Positions 28,549 to 39,065 are shown, counted from the first letter of the stretch. The stretch is DNA of 64,000 nucleotides from a virus (IMGVR_UViG_3300033233_000005); one strand, 5' to 3'. Notes: generated by a model not told the origin, from the letters alone. Made by a program: numbers and translations.

Positions 28549-29080
28549 ATTCCTCCCTGCCGATCATTATAGAGATTGGTTCAAGGGTAAAGAACTGTTG
28601 GTTAAACCGGCCATGTTGGACATATCCAAACCGGCTGAGATCAATACCAAAGTGGGTGGCAAAGAAACCAGATTTGTAATGAGTTTCCAATCCATGCACC
28701 ATCCCATGTATGTGATGGACAATAGAGGCCATCATTGGGAAGTGCAGGGCGCGGTTAAAACTTCATTCGGTCTGCAGGTTACCTTGCATGGTCCAATCCT
28801 CAATAAAGATCCTGAAAAAGTAATGATGAGTAGTAATGATGGAGTCTCATCTACAATCACTGATATCGATTTTGTTGAGTTGAAGGAAGACGGTAGTTCA
28901 GTAAATGATAAAGGCGGTCTGGTTAAGACAGACCCGGCATTGCCGTTGGTAATTAATATCATGGCTACGGTTCGGGCCAACATCAATACACTCTTGGACC
29001 CTCTGGCATACGAGGATCGCAAAGTGACTCTCCGAGACTGGCCACCCGGTGAGATAGCTACCCTATATCAAACCGATTAA
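28541..29080 (+). CDS. DPLA-tail family protein
   Basis: ...NINTLLDPLAYEDRKV. Confidence 0.5.
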   Translation: MSKFLPADHYRDWFKGKELLVKPAMLDISKPAEINTKVGGKETRFVMSFQSMHHPMYVMDNRGHHWEVQGAVKTSFGLQVTLHGPILNKDPEKVMMSSNDGVSSTITDIDFVELKEDGSSVNDKGGLVKTDPALPLVINIMATVRANINTLLDPLAYEDRKVTLRDWPPGEIATLYQTD

Positions 29081-29144
29081 GGGAAGTACCTCGTCGTTCA
29101 ACGGAACCATTTTCCCGTAGGGATTCTAAACCACAGGAGGAACT

Positions 29145-29480
29145 ATGGACAGACCGGTAGTAGAAGTAAATGTCCTGACCAATCTAGGTAGGTCAGGAGA
29201 GTTCTTTCATGAGATCGCCGTCAAAGCTGGCGACAAGGTGTGGTCCCTATATGGGATCAGTCAGGATAAGTCCTCTCTAATATTCAAATTGGTTAGGACT
29301 GACAAATATGAGGCTATCAAGCGCGGCTCCTTACACCAGTTTATGCCATTGCGTCAGTTGACCGATCTATTGGAACAGAATATTGGGATCCTATTCGATC
29401 CACTGGCCGTTGACGGTAAGGATGGACGCGATACTATCACGCTGCCTATTCCTGGTCGTTCTCCAGTGGAGAAGAAGTGA
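29145..29480 (+). CDS. DPLA-tail family protein
   Basis: RBS AGGAGG; ...NIGILFDPLAVDGKDG. Confidence 0.55.
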   Translation: MDRPVVEVNVLTNLGRSGEFFHEIAVKAGDKVWSLYGISQDKSSLIFKLVRTDKYEAIKRGSLHQFMPLRQLTDLLEQNIGILFDPLAVDGKDGRDTITLPIPGRSPVEKK

Positions 29481-29680
29481 ATACGCTCCATAAAAATGAT
29501 CACGATGACTGGCAATTGCCTACCGAACGGTGGCGTCCCAATAGGTTTGCTCTGATGTACGGATTTAGTCGCAATATCTTAGGTATGAAGAGGGGTAAGA
29601 AGAAGGTTAATAGATACCGGGCGTGGAGAGTTGGTCTACCAAGTGGTGACCACCCTCAGATGATCAGACAAGGAGCATAA
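29477..29680 (+). CDS. small basic protein
   Basis: GTGA-coupled. Confidence 0.35.
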   Translation: MNTLHKNDHDDWQLPTERWRPNRFALMYGFSRNILGMKRGKKKVNRYRAWRVGLPSGDHPQMIRQGA

Positions 29681-29682
29681 TT

Positions 29683-29913
29683 ATGGCGAGTCAAGTAGTG
29701 CTAATCAGCCCAGACGAATTACGCACAGAATTGAGTCAGGTAAGATCTACTTTATCTGGCTACGGTGGATTGGACAAATTGATGGATGTTCAATCCAGAA
29801 TGAATGATCATGGACTACAGGAGCAGATACAAGAGATTATAACAGCCAAGATTGATCTGATCTATAAGATCAATAGGTTGATCGCGTCTATTCCATCCAC
29901 GATCAGTGAGTAA
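29683..29913 (+). CDS. hypothetical protein
   Basis: RBS AAGGAG. Confidence 0.5.
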   Translation: MASQVVLISPDELRTELSQVRSTLSGYGGLDKLMDVQSRMNDHGLQEQIQEIITAKIDLIYKINRLIASIPSTISE

Positions 29914-29970
29914 CTACCTCGCGTGTATAATTCTTTGTAGAAAGCAGCTAATCGCGTAGGAGGATTACAA

Positions 29971-30162
29971 ATGGCCGATGAGAATGTATCAGTAAATGTA
30001 AAGGGAAGTATTCTAACTATCCAGGTCGATCTCAGCAAGAAGATCGGACCCAGTGCATCAGGTAAGACAATTATGATCGCTAAATCTGGGTCGGGTATCA
30101 AAATACCCGGTCATGATGGTGTGACTGTCAATCTGAACATATATCGGAAGGCAGAACAATAA
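29971..30162 (+). CDS. hypothetical small protein
   Basis: RBS GTAGGAGG; TATAAT-like element at 29925. Confidence 0.5.
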   Translation: MADENVSVNVKGSILTIQVDLSKKIGPSASGKTIMIAKSGSGIKIPGHDGVTVNLNIYRKAEQ

Positions 30163-30174
30163 TATCTGCCGCCG

Positions 30175-30190
30175 TATAAAGCAAAGGAGG
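30175..30190 (+). promoter_or_regulatory. GTATAAAGCAAAGGAGG promoter/RBS element
   Basis: identical 16-mer to 21135. Confidence 0.4.
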
Positions 30191-30194
30191 CGCA

Positions 30195-30599
30195 ATGGAT
30201 GGACAGGCTCCACCGTCTGTTCCAAAGGTGGAGTTTCATACTGCCCACATAACTGAGACTGCCCAAATGCCTGCACTGATAGTAAAGGTGGGCAAGATCA
30301 TGGCAGTGGTTGGATTCAATCCAGAGGGATTTAGGTTTACCGATGTAAGCAAGGCTAGCTACGTTACGGAGCCTATTGACTATGATAGATGGGAGGGGGT
30401 TAGCCCATCTGGGTCACTATATGAGAAGATCAAAAATGACCACGTGTTCTATTGGTGCTTACAATTGGATAAATTAATAGAGATAATAAATCAACACATC
30501 GGTTATATCTGTGATCCATTGGCCTGGAAGGAAACCGATACTGCCAATGGTAAGAATAGGACGATGACAATACCCTACAAGGTAGAAGAGATAATATGA
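30195..30599 (+). CDS. DPLAW-tail family protein
   Basis: TATAAAGCAAAGGAGG upstream; ...HIGYICDPLAWKETD. Confidence 0.6.
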   Translation: MDGQAPPSVPKVEFHTAHITETAQMPALIVKVGKIMAVVGFNPEGFRFTDVSKASYVTEPIDYDRWEGVSPSGSLYEKIKNDHVFYWCLQLDKLIEIINQHIGYICDPLAWKETDTANGKNRTMTIPYKVEEII

Positions 30600-31108
30600 C
30601 TACAAAGATACCAGTTAAAATCAGGGTCATCAAACCATGGAATGCGTCAAAACCCTATGGCGGCGTATTAATGTGTAGGATCATACATGATTTGTGGGTG
30701 TTATCTTATGTAGATCCCGATGACATGTCTATGCATTTCGTTAAGATAAAACATAACTGGTATGCCAAACGGCTTAAGCACAAGAATCCAGGTGTGGCAT
30801 TCGATGGACACATATATGATATGAAGGCCGTGGGTGTTCCTAGTCAAGGCAGCGCAGATGGATTTCTCTGGAAAATAAACAATGAGGCCGGTGTCATCAA
30901 TAGAAACATGTTTTCATCCAGTAAACGATTGGATATCAGGTTATGTGGATTTGGGGTAGCATTGCATGGCACATTGCTCATCCCGTTGAACAAGATACAC
31001 GGCATAATAGTAAGGAATGCAGCCATGTTCCTAGATCCGTTTGCCATTGCCAAACATCCTGATAAATCGCTAGGTATGGGAGACCAATTAGTCATACCAT
31101 GGGGGTAA
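30596..31108 (+). CDS. DPL-tail family protein (variant FLDPFAIA)
   Basis: ATGA-coupled. Confidence 0.5.
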   Translation: MTTKIPVKIRVIKPWNASKPYGGVLMCRIIHDLWVLSYVDPDDMSMHFVKIKHNWYAKRLKHKNPGVAFDGHIYDMKAVGVPSQGSADGFLWKINNEAGVINRNMFSSSKRLDIRLCGFGVALHGTLLIPLNKIHGIIVRNAAMFLDPFAIAKHPDKSLGMGDQLVIPWG

Positions 31109-31497
31109 CAGTGTACAAAGAAATCGAGCTTAGCCAGGCTAAGTCATCTGCCAAAACCGTGGCTCAACATATGTCATATCTGTGTGCAGAGGTTGCTAAA
31201 ACTATTGAATCCATACCAGGACAGAACAGCATGGAACGGACGATTGAATTGGCCGATCGCATAAAACAAATGGGAAATGCATTGTCTTTTGATATCAAGA
31301 TGTTAGCCGTGGCGCATGAGGCTTTACAGACACTTACGCATGGAAAACCGGAGGTAATTACCGATGAGACTAGGAGAGTTCCTGATAGTGCTCCTACTGT
31401 TGTACCTAGCAATATCATTCAACGTATGGAAGGACAGAAAGACAGGACCGGAACAAAAGAAAGACGATCAAGGAAGCAAGTAAAAACAAAAAAGTAA
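31099..31497 (+). CDS. hypothetical protein
   Basis: 132 aa, Lys-rich tail. Confidence 0.45.
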   Translation: MGVTVYKEIELSQAKSSAKTVAQHMSYLCAEVAKTIESIPGQNSMERTIELADRIKQMGNALSFDIKMLAVAHEALQTLTHGKPEVITDETRRVPDSAPTVVPSNIIQRMEGQKDRTGTKERRSRKQVKTKK

Positions 31498-31510
31498 AGG
31501 AGGACAGAGA

Positions 31511-32521
31511 ATGTGGTATTTCCTCGCGGTGGTTGTCGCACTCGGCATCACTGCTACCAAGTGGCGTAAGTTCTACGACGATAAGAAGGAAGCGGTTGAC
31601 GTTCTGGCTGGTGTCCGAATCCTGGGAGTTAATCTACTGATATTCGGTTCCATCGCTACGGTGTTGTCTGCCGTGGTGGTTATCAGTGCCGGTCACCGTG
31701 GAGTCGTATTCGATAGTGTCAAGGGTGTCCGTCCAGTGGCCCTGAATGAGGGATTGAACTTCGTTACCCCATTCATCCAGACCTGTTATGAAATGGACGT
31801 CCGTACTCAGAAAGCTGAATTTGAGTCTTCTGCGGCATCCAAAGACTTGCAGGAAGTGTCTACCAAGATGACGGTCAACTTCTCTCCCGTCCCTGCTGCC
31901 ATTCCGCAGTTGTTTCAGACGGTGGGCATGGATTATGTTGAGAAGATTGTGCACCCTGCCGTGCAGGAAGCACTCAAGGCCGCCACTGCCAAGTTTACGG
32001 CTGAGGAACTGATCACCAAGCGGGAACTGGTCAAACAGAATTTCCACGACCACCTGACCGCCGTGCTCAGCAGGGCTAATGTCACCCTGACTGAAACGTA
32101 TATTACCGACTTCCAGTTTAGTAAGCCATTTGCTGCGGCCATTGAAGCCAAGCAGGTTGCTGCACAGGAAGTCATGACGGCACAGAATAAGTTGTTGCAG
32201 GTCAAGGTCGAGGCCGAGCAGAAGATTGCACAGTATAGGGCGGAAGCCGAGGGTCTGCGACTCAAGCAGGCTGCTATTACTCCGTTGATGGTTAGGATGG
32301 AAGCGATTAGACAGTGGAATGGTGTACTGCCCCAGGTCATGATGGGTGGCGGCGGTGGGAGCAGCGGTGGCGGCGGTATCCCTTTCTTGGATATTAGCCA
32401 TCTGCCAACCTGGGAGTCCAAGCCTAGAGCGAAGAATGCTGCAGAAATGGCTCAGCCTAACCAGCCAGCAACACAGGCCAAGGCCCCTGCAGAAGATAAG
32501 AAGGAAGACGACGACAACTAA
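31511..32521 (+). CDS. prohibitin/SPFH (band 7) family protein
   Basis: N-terminal transmembrane helix; GHRGVVFD...FVTPFIQ...EELITKRELV...AKQVAAQE...AEQKIAQYRAEAEG matches the PHB fold; Gly-rich tail GGGGGSSGGGG. Confidence 0.85.
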   Translation: MWYFLAVVVALGITATKWRKFYDDKKEAVDVLAGVRILGVNLLIFGSIATVLSAVVVISAGHRGVVFDSVKGVRPVALNEGLNFVTPFIQTCYEMDVRTQKAEFESSAASKDLQEVSTKMTVNFSPVPAAIPQLFQTVGMDYVEKIVHPAVQEALKAATAKFTAEELITKRELVKQNFHDHLTAVLSRANVTLTETYITDFQFSKPFAAAIEAKQVAAQEVMTAQNKLLQVKVEAEQKIAQYRAEAEGLRLKQAAITPLMVRMEAIRQWNGVLPQVMMGGGGGSSGGGGIPFLDISHLPTWESKPRAKNAAEMAQPNQPATQAKAPAEDKKEDDDN

Positions 32522-32582
32522 GTCGTAACTCTACGAGGGGAGCCGGGGTAGTGGCGTGGACCCGGCTCCCCAGGAGTATGGA

Positions 32583-32909
32583 ATGAAACAGGGAGTTGAA
32601 ATCTATCTGATCGGTTCAATAGACAAAGCTGATCCATGCTCTACAACTCTATTGGTCAAGGTACAAGATCGGCTGTGGTCTATGGCCCTGGGTAAGAAAC
32701 CCAAATTATACCGGCTTGATGCAAAGGCCATTAATACATTCAATCGTGATTTACAACGCGGGAAGATAGCCAAGTTACAGGATGTAGTGGGGTGGATAGA
32801 CGGTATATACGATCTGCTATTTGACCCATTGGCAATCAATACCGACGCTGGACCTGGATACAAATATGAATTTATAGACGTACCAAAGAAAAAGGGAGGT
32901 AAGAAATGA
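32583..32909 (+). CDS. DPLA-tail family protein
   Basis: ...GIYDLLFDPLAINTDAG. Confidence 0.55.
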   Translation: MKQGVEIYLIGSIDKADPCSTTLLVKVQDRLWSMALGKKPKLYRLDAKAINTFNRDLQRGKIAKLQDVVGWIDGIYDLLFDPLAINTDAGPGYKYEFIDVPKKKGGKK

Positions 32910-33247
32910 AGTTGTACATCGCTCCGCACTTCAAGCGTGCCGGGCCGATCTATCTGATGCTTGAATACAAGAGCAAGTTGTGGCAAGTAGCCTTAAAGAA
33001 CGGGCAGGTTAGAATCTACACCACCAAGCCCAGCGCGATGGCGAGATTGCACAAAGACATCACGGCCAATCAGGTCATGACATTAGATCGCCTTCTGAAT
33101 CTGTTGACTGGGAACGAGAACATCGTATTCGATCCGCTGGCAGTGAAACAGGACGAATCTGGAAGAGATTATGCAGAATTGGTGGAAACGGCCCCTGGTG
33201 TGCCAGCATTGACTCAGAACGATATACCTTTGGTTGGAGGAGATTAA
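32906..33247 (+). CDS. DPLA-tail family protein
   Basis: ATGA; ...NENIVFDPLAVKQDESG. Confidence 0.55.
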   Translation: MKLYIAPHFKRAGPIYLMLEYKSKLWQVALKNGQVRIYTTKPSAMARLHKDITANQVMTLDRLLNLLTGNENIVFDPLAVKQDESGRDYAELVETAPGVPALTQNDIPLVGGD

Positions 33248-33927
33248 TGGAGATTAAACCTTTCGGTGGTATCCTGTATGGTGGACGGCAATTTGGAGTT
33301 GGATTTGAAGGTTCAAACGATATCTTTATAGTCAGGCATGTGTCATTCCATGACCTGTCTATTACGATGGACCGCGTCCCCAAGCCTTATAACAGGATTT
33401 TACTTAGGATAGACAAATTCGATGATAATATCGGTATCAGTAGCGGCGGTGGGATGAACCGGATAGAGAAAACAGTATCTAAACCAGATATGATTAAAAT
33501 CATTACGACAGCTGCTATCGCAGAAGGCGTATCTAGGGACACGATCACAAAGAATGGCGCTACCGTAACAAGACGTGTATTCGACAAAAACGGTAAGAGT
33601 ACGTTGCAAGCCAATATATACATCAGCGCCGCCAACGGTAGCCCTTATCTTACAGATGGACATGAGGGGGTAAAATTGTCATGGTGGAACGTAGATGATG
33701 ATGTTGAACCAGAGCGTGTCGAGCATTGGCGCAGTAAATCTGGTCCATTAATTACGGACCAGATTTATCTATCTGACGCGGGCGCACTATTAATGTCTGT
33801 AGATCAGTTACTCGCTCAGATCACCAAACATGCCACTCTACTATTCGACCCATTGTTCGTCAGTCCCAGACCCAAGGGCTATAGATCAACCTCGGTAAAA
33901 TTACCGGGCATAAAAGGAGGGCAGTAG
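33247..33927 (+). CDS. DPL-tail family protein
   Basis: ...KHATLLFDPLFVSPRPKG. Confidence 0.5.
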   Translation: MEIKPFGGILYGGRQFGVGFEGSNDIFIVRHVSFHDLSITMDRVPKPYNRILLRIDKFDDNIGISSGGGMNRIEKTVSKPDMIKIITTAAIAEGVSRDTITKNGATVTRRVFDKNGKSTLQANIYISAANGSPYLTDGHEGVKLSWWNVDDDVEPERVEHWRSKSGPLITDQIYLSDAGALLMSVDQLLAQITKHATLLFDPLFVSPRPKGYRSTSVKLPGIKGGQ

Positions 33928-33986
33928 CCATCGGATGTGATATTCATGCCTTTACCGAAGTAAAGGAAGGCGGAAAATGGACGTTT

Positions 33987-34523
33987 GTGGATGAATTAGA
34001 AATCTGGCGCAATTACTCTCTATTTGCCATTCTGGCTGACGTACGAAATGGTAGAGGATTTGCTGGTATTAGAACGGGTGATGGGTTCAACGTTATCGGT
34101 GGCCAGCGTGGATTACCCGCTGATGCCAGCGCCCATGTTAAGAAAGAGAGCGAGCGCTGGGGACAGGACGGGCACTCCCATTCCTGGTTCACCCTCAAGG
34201 AACTGCTAGATTTTGACTGGAACCAAGTCACCAAGCATACCGGCGTGGTGGACGATATTACTTATGAGCAATGGAAGAAAAAGGGTGGAACGCCCAGGAC
34301 ATACAGTGCTGGAGTGGCTGGCCCCAATATTAAAATTTACACAGAAGAAGGATATGCCAGTCTTCCTAGCAGGGCTATAAGCATTGACCAGTATATACAG
34401 ATCAGTTGGGATGAAAAATACGGAGACAGTTGTGATCAATTTATTAAGCAGATCCTACCCAAGCTAAAAGACATGGCTAAGAATCCAGAGGATGTCCGCA
34501 TGGCGTTTTGGTTCGATAATTGA
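33987..34523 (+). CDS. hypothetical protein
   Basis: GTG start; 178 aa. Confidence 0.45.
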   Translation: MDELEIWRNYSLFAILADVRNGRGFAGIRTGDGFNVIGGQRGLPADASAHVKKESERWGQDGHSHSWFTLKELLDFDWNQVTKHTGVVDDITYEQWKKKGGTPRTYSAGVAGPNIKIYTEEGYASLPSRAISIDQYIQISWDEKYGDSCDQFIKQILPKLKDMAKNPEDVRMAFWFDN

Positions 34524-34834
34524 TGAAGACCTTTCAACAATTCGAGGCGGATTGGGCCAGATCTAAAGGATACGCGTCAAATCCATTTACCACGCCACCT
34601 GGGACATGCTATCGGTGCGGCAAACATTTTAAAACGTTCAGCCCACGAAATATGTGCTCTCCCTGCTTGGACATAGAATGCCCTCCTGGCCCATTAGATA
34701 AGACCTGCCGATTCTTGTTTGGGAACATGAGTGACGAAGGATTAACGCTAAGGGGAGCCCTGCGGGTCTATATGGGGGCTATCCCATTGCTAATAGTCGT
34801 ATCTGCAATCGCCACGTATATCCTTCCCCACTAA
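34520..34834 (+). CDS. hypothetical Cys-containing protein with C-terminal transmembrane helix
   Basis: TGATG overlap. Confidence 0.4.
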   Translation: MMKTFQQFEADWARSKGYASNPFTTPPGTCYRCGKHFKTFSPRNMCSPCLDIECPPGPLDKTCRFLFGNMSDEGLTLRGALRVYMGAIPLLIVVSAIATYILPH

Positions 34835-34921
34835 AGCGGACACGTCAGCGCGTATAAAACGACGCGGCGATGAGCAATCAGCGCCGCATCCCACAGTGAT
34901 ATCGCTAAAAGGAGGCCACAA

Positions 34922-35275
34922 GTGGTTTCACAGAGCGAGTTGACTCGGTATCTAGAACTATCAGCCGGATCAGTAGAATTAAAGACCCTAATTGATAGAC
35001 TCAAGGGTGCCATCGACAAGATGGAAGACGTAGAAACCGGTAACTTGGGACTTAGGGTAATCAAGAATGGTGGCACATCCCGTAGCTGGAAGGATGTGAT
35101 GACAGTTATTGCTACCCGTCACCCGGAAATTACTCAGAATGAAATTGACCTGGTGGCCACCGCCAAGGCCAAGCCGACCACTAGCTACGAGGTAGAAATC
35201 TACCCGGCTATCAACGGGAACTGCAAGGATTACCAGGATAAGACCACCGTCGTCGGTGCGTTGAACAAGCAATAA
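34922..35275 (+). CDS. hypothetical protein
   Basis: GTG after AAAAGGAGG; TATAAAA element upstream. Confidence 0.5.
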   Translation: MVSQSELTRYLELSAGSVELKTLIDRLKGAIDKMEDVETGNLGLRVIKNGGTSRSWKDVMTVIATRHPEITQNEIDLVATAKAKPTTSYEVEIYPAINGNCKDYQDKTTVVGALNKQ

Positions 35276-35276
35276 C

Positions 35277-35624
35277 ATGGCAACCTATCATCGAGTAGTA
35301 ATGCACGACCAAGATGGTATGGAATGTGAGCATTGGGACGTAAAGGTGTTTATCCCTGCTAATAAACGCAGGAGTAAGAACATACAAGACAATGATACAG
35401 TCCTGGGCAAGGGAACCGTAAAGAGACACATAATGACACCGAGGCGTTGGCCATGGTATCGGCAAGTTCCATTGAGGACACTCACGGATGCGCAGATGAT
35501 AGAAGAGACTGAGAGGGTAACCCAGTCTATTATCGCAAGATGGGAACGGTGGAAAGGCATCTGCGATTTAGCCGACAGCCTGGACGGTCCAGTAAAGGGG
35601 GCCAAGAAAAATGCCAAAAAGTAA
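35277..35624 (+). CDS. hypothetical protein
   Basis: 115 aa. Confidence 0.5.
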   Translation: MATYHRVVMHDQDGMECEHWDVKVFIPANKRRSKNIQDNDTVLGKGTVKRHIMTPRRWPWYRQVPLRTLTDAQMIEETERVTQSIIARWERWKGICDLADSLDGPVKGAKKNAKK

Positions 35625-36186
35625 AGGTAAGCCCAAAGCTGACCTGGATAAATTGCAACCGATGGAGATGTTCGGTTGCAAACTGGGGTTGGTGATTAAG
35701 CGGGTTAAGGATACGGTCCAGTATGTAATCGTCAAGGAAGTCAAACCGGTCAAGGAAATGTTAGTCCGGTATGGCACTTGCCACAAGGCATGTGCGCGTG
35801 ATTACATTTCTCAGAAGGATCCCATTACCGGTGAGGAAGGTATGATCCAGATTAATATAGACTGCGGTCTATTTGGTCTGGATCGGAGGGGTCAACTGAG
35901 GCAGGGAGTTATTACTAAGGTCCCACATCCCAAGGGGCTGTTATTTGACGGCTTCGAGGGTGTTGAAATGGTGACCAACGTCAAGTTCAGGCCATGGCAT
36001 GTAAAGAATGTGAACGGCAAGGTACAATGGGCAGGTGAGGATCAGGAACACACCTACTATCCATATAAGGAATCTCTGGTAGCAATGCCGGATGAACAAC
36101 TCCTGTATGGTGACAAGGTGCTTATTCCAGCTACGGACGCTGTCTCATGGATGAAGCGCTGGTTGTCTTCTACTAAATTAGGATAA
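35611..36186 (+). CDS. hypothetical protein
   Basis: 191 aa. Confidence 0.5.
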   Translation: MPKSKGKPKADLDKLQPMEMFGCKLGLVIKRVKDTVQYVIVKEVKPVKEMLVRYGTCHKACARDYISQKDPITGEEGMIQINIDCGLFGLDRRGQLRQGVITKVPHPKGLLFDGFEGVEMVTNVKFRPWHVKNVNGKVQWAGEDQEHTYYPYKESLVAMPDEQLLYGDKVLIPATDAVSWMKRWLSSTKLG

Positions 36187-36225
36187 TGACTGGACCTGGG
36201 AAACCAACCTTCAAGGAGGCAATGA

Positions 36226-37338
36226 GTGGACGCCAAACAGTATGAGGACGTAATCCGATTCTGTGCAACGGATGCACCGTGGATGAACATCATGTCCTAC
36301 GGGCATTCGGGAATCGGTAAGACGGCCATCCCCAAGCAGATTGCTGCTGAGTTGGGTATCCCGTACATCCATCTGGATGCGACGGGGATGGAACCCTCGG
36401 ATCTGATCGGACTGCCGTTCAAGGAAGAAATGATTGCTGCAGATGGCAAGACCAAGGAAATGGTGACGCGGTTCCTGCCGCCCCGATTCCTCAAGGCCAT
36501 GGAACAGTCCCCCAACGGGATTTTCATCATGGATGAGGTTACGCGGTTGGACCTCCAGGTGCGTAACACCTGGATGCAGTTCCTCTCTGAGGGAACCCTG
36601 GGTGAGGTCAAACGACCTCTCGGGACAGATGAGAAGTCTGGCAAGCCCACCGGCTGGCTGGTGGTGCAGACGGCTAACCCGGCTGACGAGGGATACCAGG
36701 TCACGGACCTCGACATTGCGCTCGTCCGGCGTAGCATCGTGCTAGAACTTGGGTACGATCTGGAAGTCTGGCGGGATTGGGCCGCTGGCAAGTACCGCTC
36801 TCGGGGTGGCCAGCCGATCTCTGCACGTGTAATCGCGGCTGCGGGACGGATGAATAAGGGGCTGGTCAAGCCGATCAAGAACAAGATCATGCAGACCCTG
36901 ACCCCTGACGGACTGCGGGTGTGCTCGGAGTTGGTGGAAGTCGGGATCATGGATAAGATGGACCGGGATACGGCACTGGCAGTCCTGTCGGGTGCGGCAG
37001 GGTCTGAGGCAGCGTTGGCCATCTACCAGTCTCTCAATGACAAGCGTCTCCAGGAGTTGCTGGATCAGGCAATGAAGGGAGAGAAGGTGAAGTTCGGGGG
37101 CAACGACCACGACGTGGCGGTGGACCTCCTGTATGTATTCTGGGAGAAGGTGGCCAAGAATGCAAAGAAATACGCCAAGGAGATCACGAACCTGTATCAC
37201 TGCCTGCCAGAGGATATCAGGATCGCTCTGATCAAGGCGTGTTACTCCAATTTCGCCAAGCACAGGGAGGAATTCCAGGAGCTTGCGAAGGAGTGGCGTG
37301 AGTGGTGTACTAAAAATGCTTTGGCCCAGGGTCGGTAA
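36226..37338 (+). CDS. MoxR/CbbQ/CobS-like AAA+ ATPase
   Basis: Walker A YGHSGIGKTAIP, Walker B IFIMDEVTRL; AAA_5-like. Confidence 0.8.
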   Translation: MDAKQYEDVIRFCATDAPWMNIMSYGHSGIGKTAIPKQIAAELGIPYIHLDATGMEPSDLIGLPFKEEMIAADGKTKEMVTRFLPPRFLKAMEQSPNGIFIMDEVTRLDLQVRNTWMQFLSEGTLGEVKRPLGTDEKSGKPTGWLVVQTANPADEGYQVTDLDIALVRRSIVLELGYDLEVWRDWAAGKYRSRGGQPISARVIAAAGRMNKGLVKPIKNKIMQTLTPDGLRVCSELVEVGIMDKMDRDTALAVLSGAAGSEAALAIYQSLNDKRLQELLDQAMKGEKVKFGGNDHDVAVDLLYVFWEKVAKNAKKYAKEITNLYHCLPEDIRIALIKACYSNFAKHREEFQELAKEWREWCTKNALAQGR

Positions 37339-37591
37339 GTAATCAAGCAGTACCTGGGCTAGGGATCGAAAGATCCCTGGCCCTCGTCTTCATAAATTCC
37401 TTCACAGTTTTGTTAAATTTGCTAGAATTGCATGGGACGCAGTATAAAGCTTCTTGCTAGTTTTGAGATTTGTTGGGGCCGTTTATTGAACCGTTGCACA
37501 CAAATCTCGTAGTAAAGGCAATAGGGCTTAGGTTATACTTATGAGACACCGCCCTGCGTCCGTATCCTAATAAACGGATGCGCCTGGCATC

Positions 37592-37873
37592 ATGAAAATT
37601 ACCAATCGCAGTGGCCGCTATGAAATTGAACATACTGGTAAGTGGTACCATGCAACATACGATGGACACTATAGTTCTGTGGTAATACGTCACGGACGCG
37701 GTGAACATGGTAGAGCCGAGTATCTATTGGAATCGTTGGTGTGTGACTTGATCACGAAAAATGTTGATTTATTGAATGATCCATTAGCATGGGAAGATCA
37801 TCCTAAAGGACCATCTGACAAAGGTGGGAGAGTGTACGGCATGGAAAATATCCTGGTCATCAGACATGCATAA
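37592..37873 (+). CDS. DPLAW-tail family protein
   Basis: ...NVDLLNDPLAWEDHPKG. Confidence 0.55.
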   Translation: MKITNRSGRYEIEHTGKWYHATYDGHYSSVVIRHGRGEHGRAEYLLESLVCDLITKNVDLLNDPLAWEDHPKGPSDKGGRVYGMENILVIRHA

Positions 37874-38168
37874 AATCAAGATCAAAAAGAGGAAAGACGG
37901 TAGATTTCAATTCCGGGTAGGTCGTAAGTGGTTCTGTGGAGTATTGAGTGACCATTACGTGCATGTATATCGTGGTATGGCTCCCAAGTTTCCAGCTTAT
38001 GGACATCGTATACCGCAGTATAATATGAGTTCCTTATGTAATCGTCATATGGTAGAAACAGTGATCAATAACAATGTCGGGTTATTGTTTGATCCATTCG
38101 CATGGAATAATAAATTCTCCCAGGATGAGACGCAGTTGTTACTTCCGATCCCAAGGAATCATGCTTAA
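37866..38168 (+). CDS. DPL-tail family protein (DPFAW)
   Basis: ...NVGLLFDPFAWNNKF. Confidence 0.5.
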   Translation: MHKIKIKKRKDGRFQFRVGRKWFCGVLSDHYVHVYRGMAPKFPAYGHRIPQYNMSSLCNRHMVETVINNNVGLLFDPFAWNNKFSQDETQLLLPIPRNHA

Positions 38169-38610
38169 ATTTGGAGTAAATCACAGTTCTGGCATGCACT
38201 GGAGCGGGAACAGAGTATCTGGGCGATCTGTACGTACTCCGGATGGAAAGGTCTGGCGCATCAGGGTAACCAAACATGATAAGAGAATCAATCAGCGTGG
38301 CGGTGACATCATAGTATGGGGCGTCCCACCAGAGGCTGAGGACCACTATCAATTTATAGAGAGACCAGAAGAATGGAGTCCAGCATATAAACAGATGCTT
38401 GCTGACAAAGAATGGATGTTCTATGATCCATTATATTGCAAGACTAATAAGATCATGGCATTGCCTCATTTTATCATTAGACGTAGAGTGTTGAAGGCTT
38501 ATGAGAAACGGATGGGTCCTACCGAAGTAGCCCGACGGGGTGAAAAGCGGACTCTGTGGCGGAGGGGCAGTGTTCCACTTGCTGTGCTTACCACTTCCAC
38601 GCCTAGTTAG
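38161..38610 (+). CDS. DPL-tail family protein (DPLY)
   Basis: ...EWMFYDPLYCKTNK. Confidence 0.45.
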   Translation: MLKFGVNHSSGMHWSGNRVSGRSVRTPDGKVWRIRVTKHDKRINQRGGDIIVWGVPPEAEDHYQFIERPEEWSPAYKQMLADKEWMFYDPLYCKTNKIMALPHFIIRRRVLKAYEKRMGPTEVARRGEKRTLWRRGSVPLAVLTTSTPS

Positions 38611-38634
38611 CCCCCGTAAACTAGGTACGGAATT

Positions 38635-39048
38635 ATGAAGAAACTAAATACCAGACTAAGATTCGGGACATATACCGAGGATAGATTCGGTAGTAATAAT
38701 GACCCACGCCTAGCTGTAGCAATAGGTAACGATTGGTGGTATATAACCGACATACGCACAGGTTCAATCAGACTTAAGCGTATTAAGAAGCAAGAAGATC
38801 AGATATTTACCGCAATAGGATCTTTGGATCCCACACAGGGATATGTCGATCACGATGGCCAGGTGTATAATAGAACTATGCTATCGTTGCCAGATATAGC
38901 TAATGAACTAACCAGACATACCGGCTTGCTAGCTGACCCGTTGTATATCACCAGACCTGAACATAGCAAGGAAGAGTATAAAGACCTACAGATTACCAAG
39001 CATTTTAGACGAGAAAACAAAAGGAAGCTTAAACATGAACACCGCTAA
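38635..39048 (+). CDS. DPL-tail family protein (DPLY)
   Basis: ...HTGLLADPLYITRPEH. Confidence 0.5.
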   Translation: MKKLNTRLRFGTYTEDRFGSNNDPRLAVAIGNDWWYITDIRTGSIRLKRIKKQEDQIFTAIGSLDPTQGYVDHDGQVYNRTMLSLPDIANELTRHTGLLADPLYITRPEHSKEEYKDLQITKHFRRENKRKLKHEHR

Positions 39049-39065
39049 GCAAAGGGGGCAACGGG

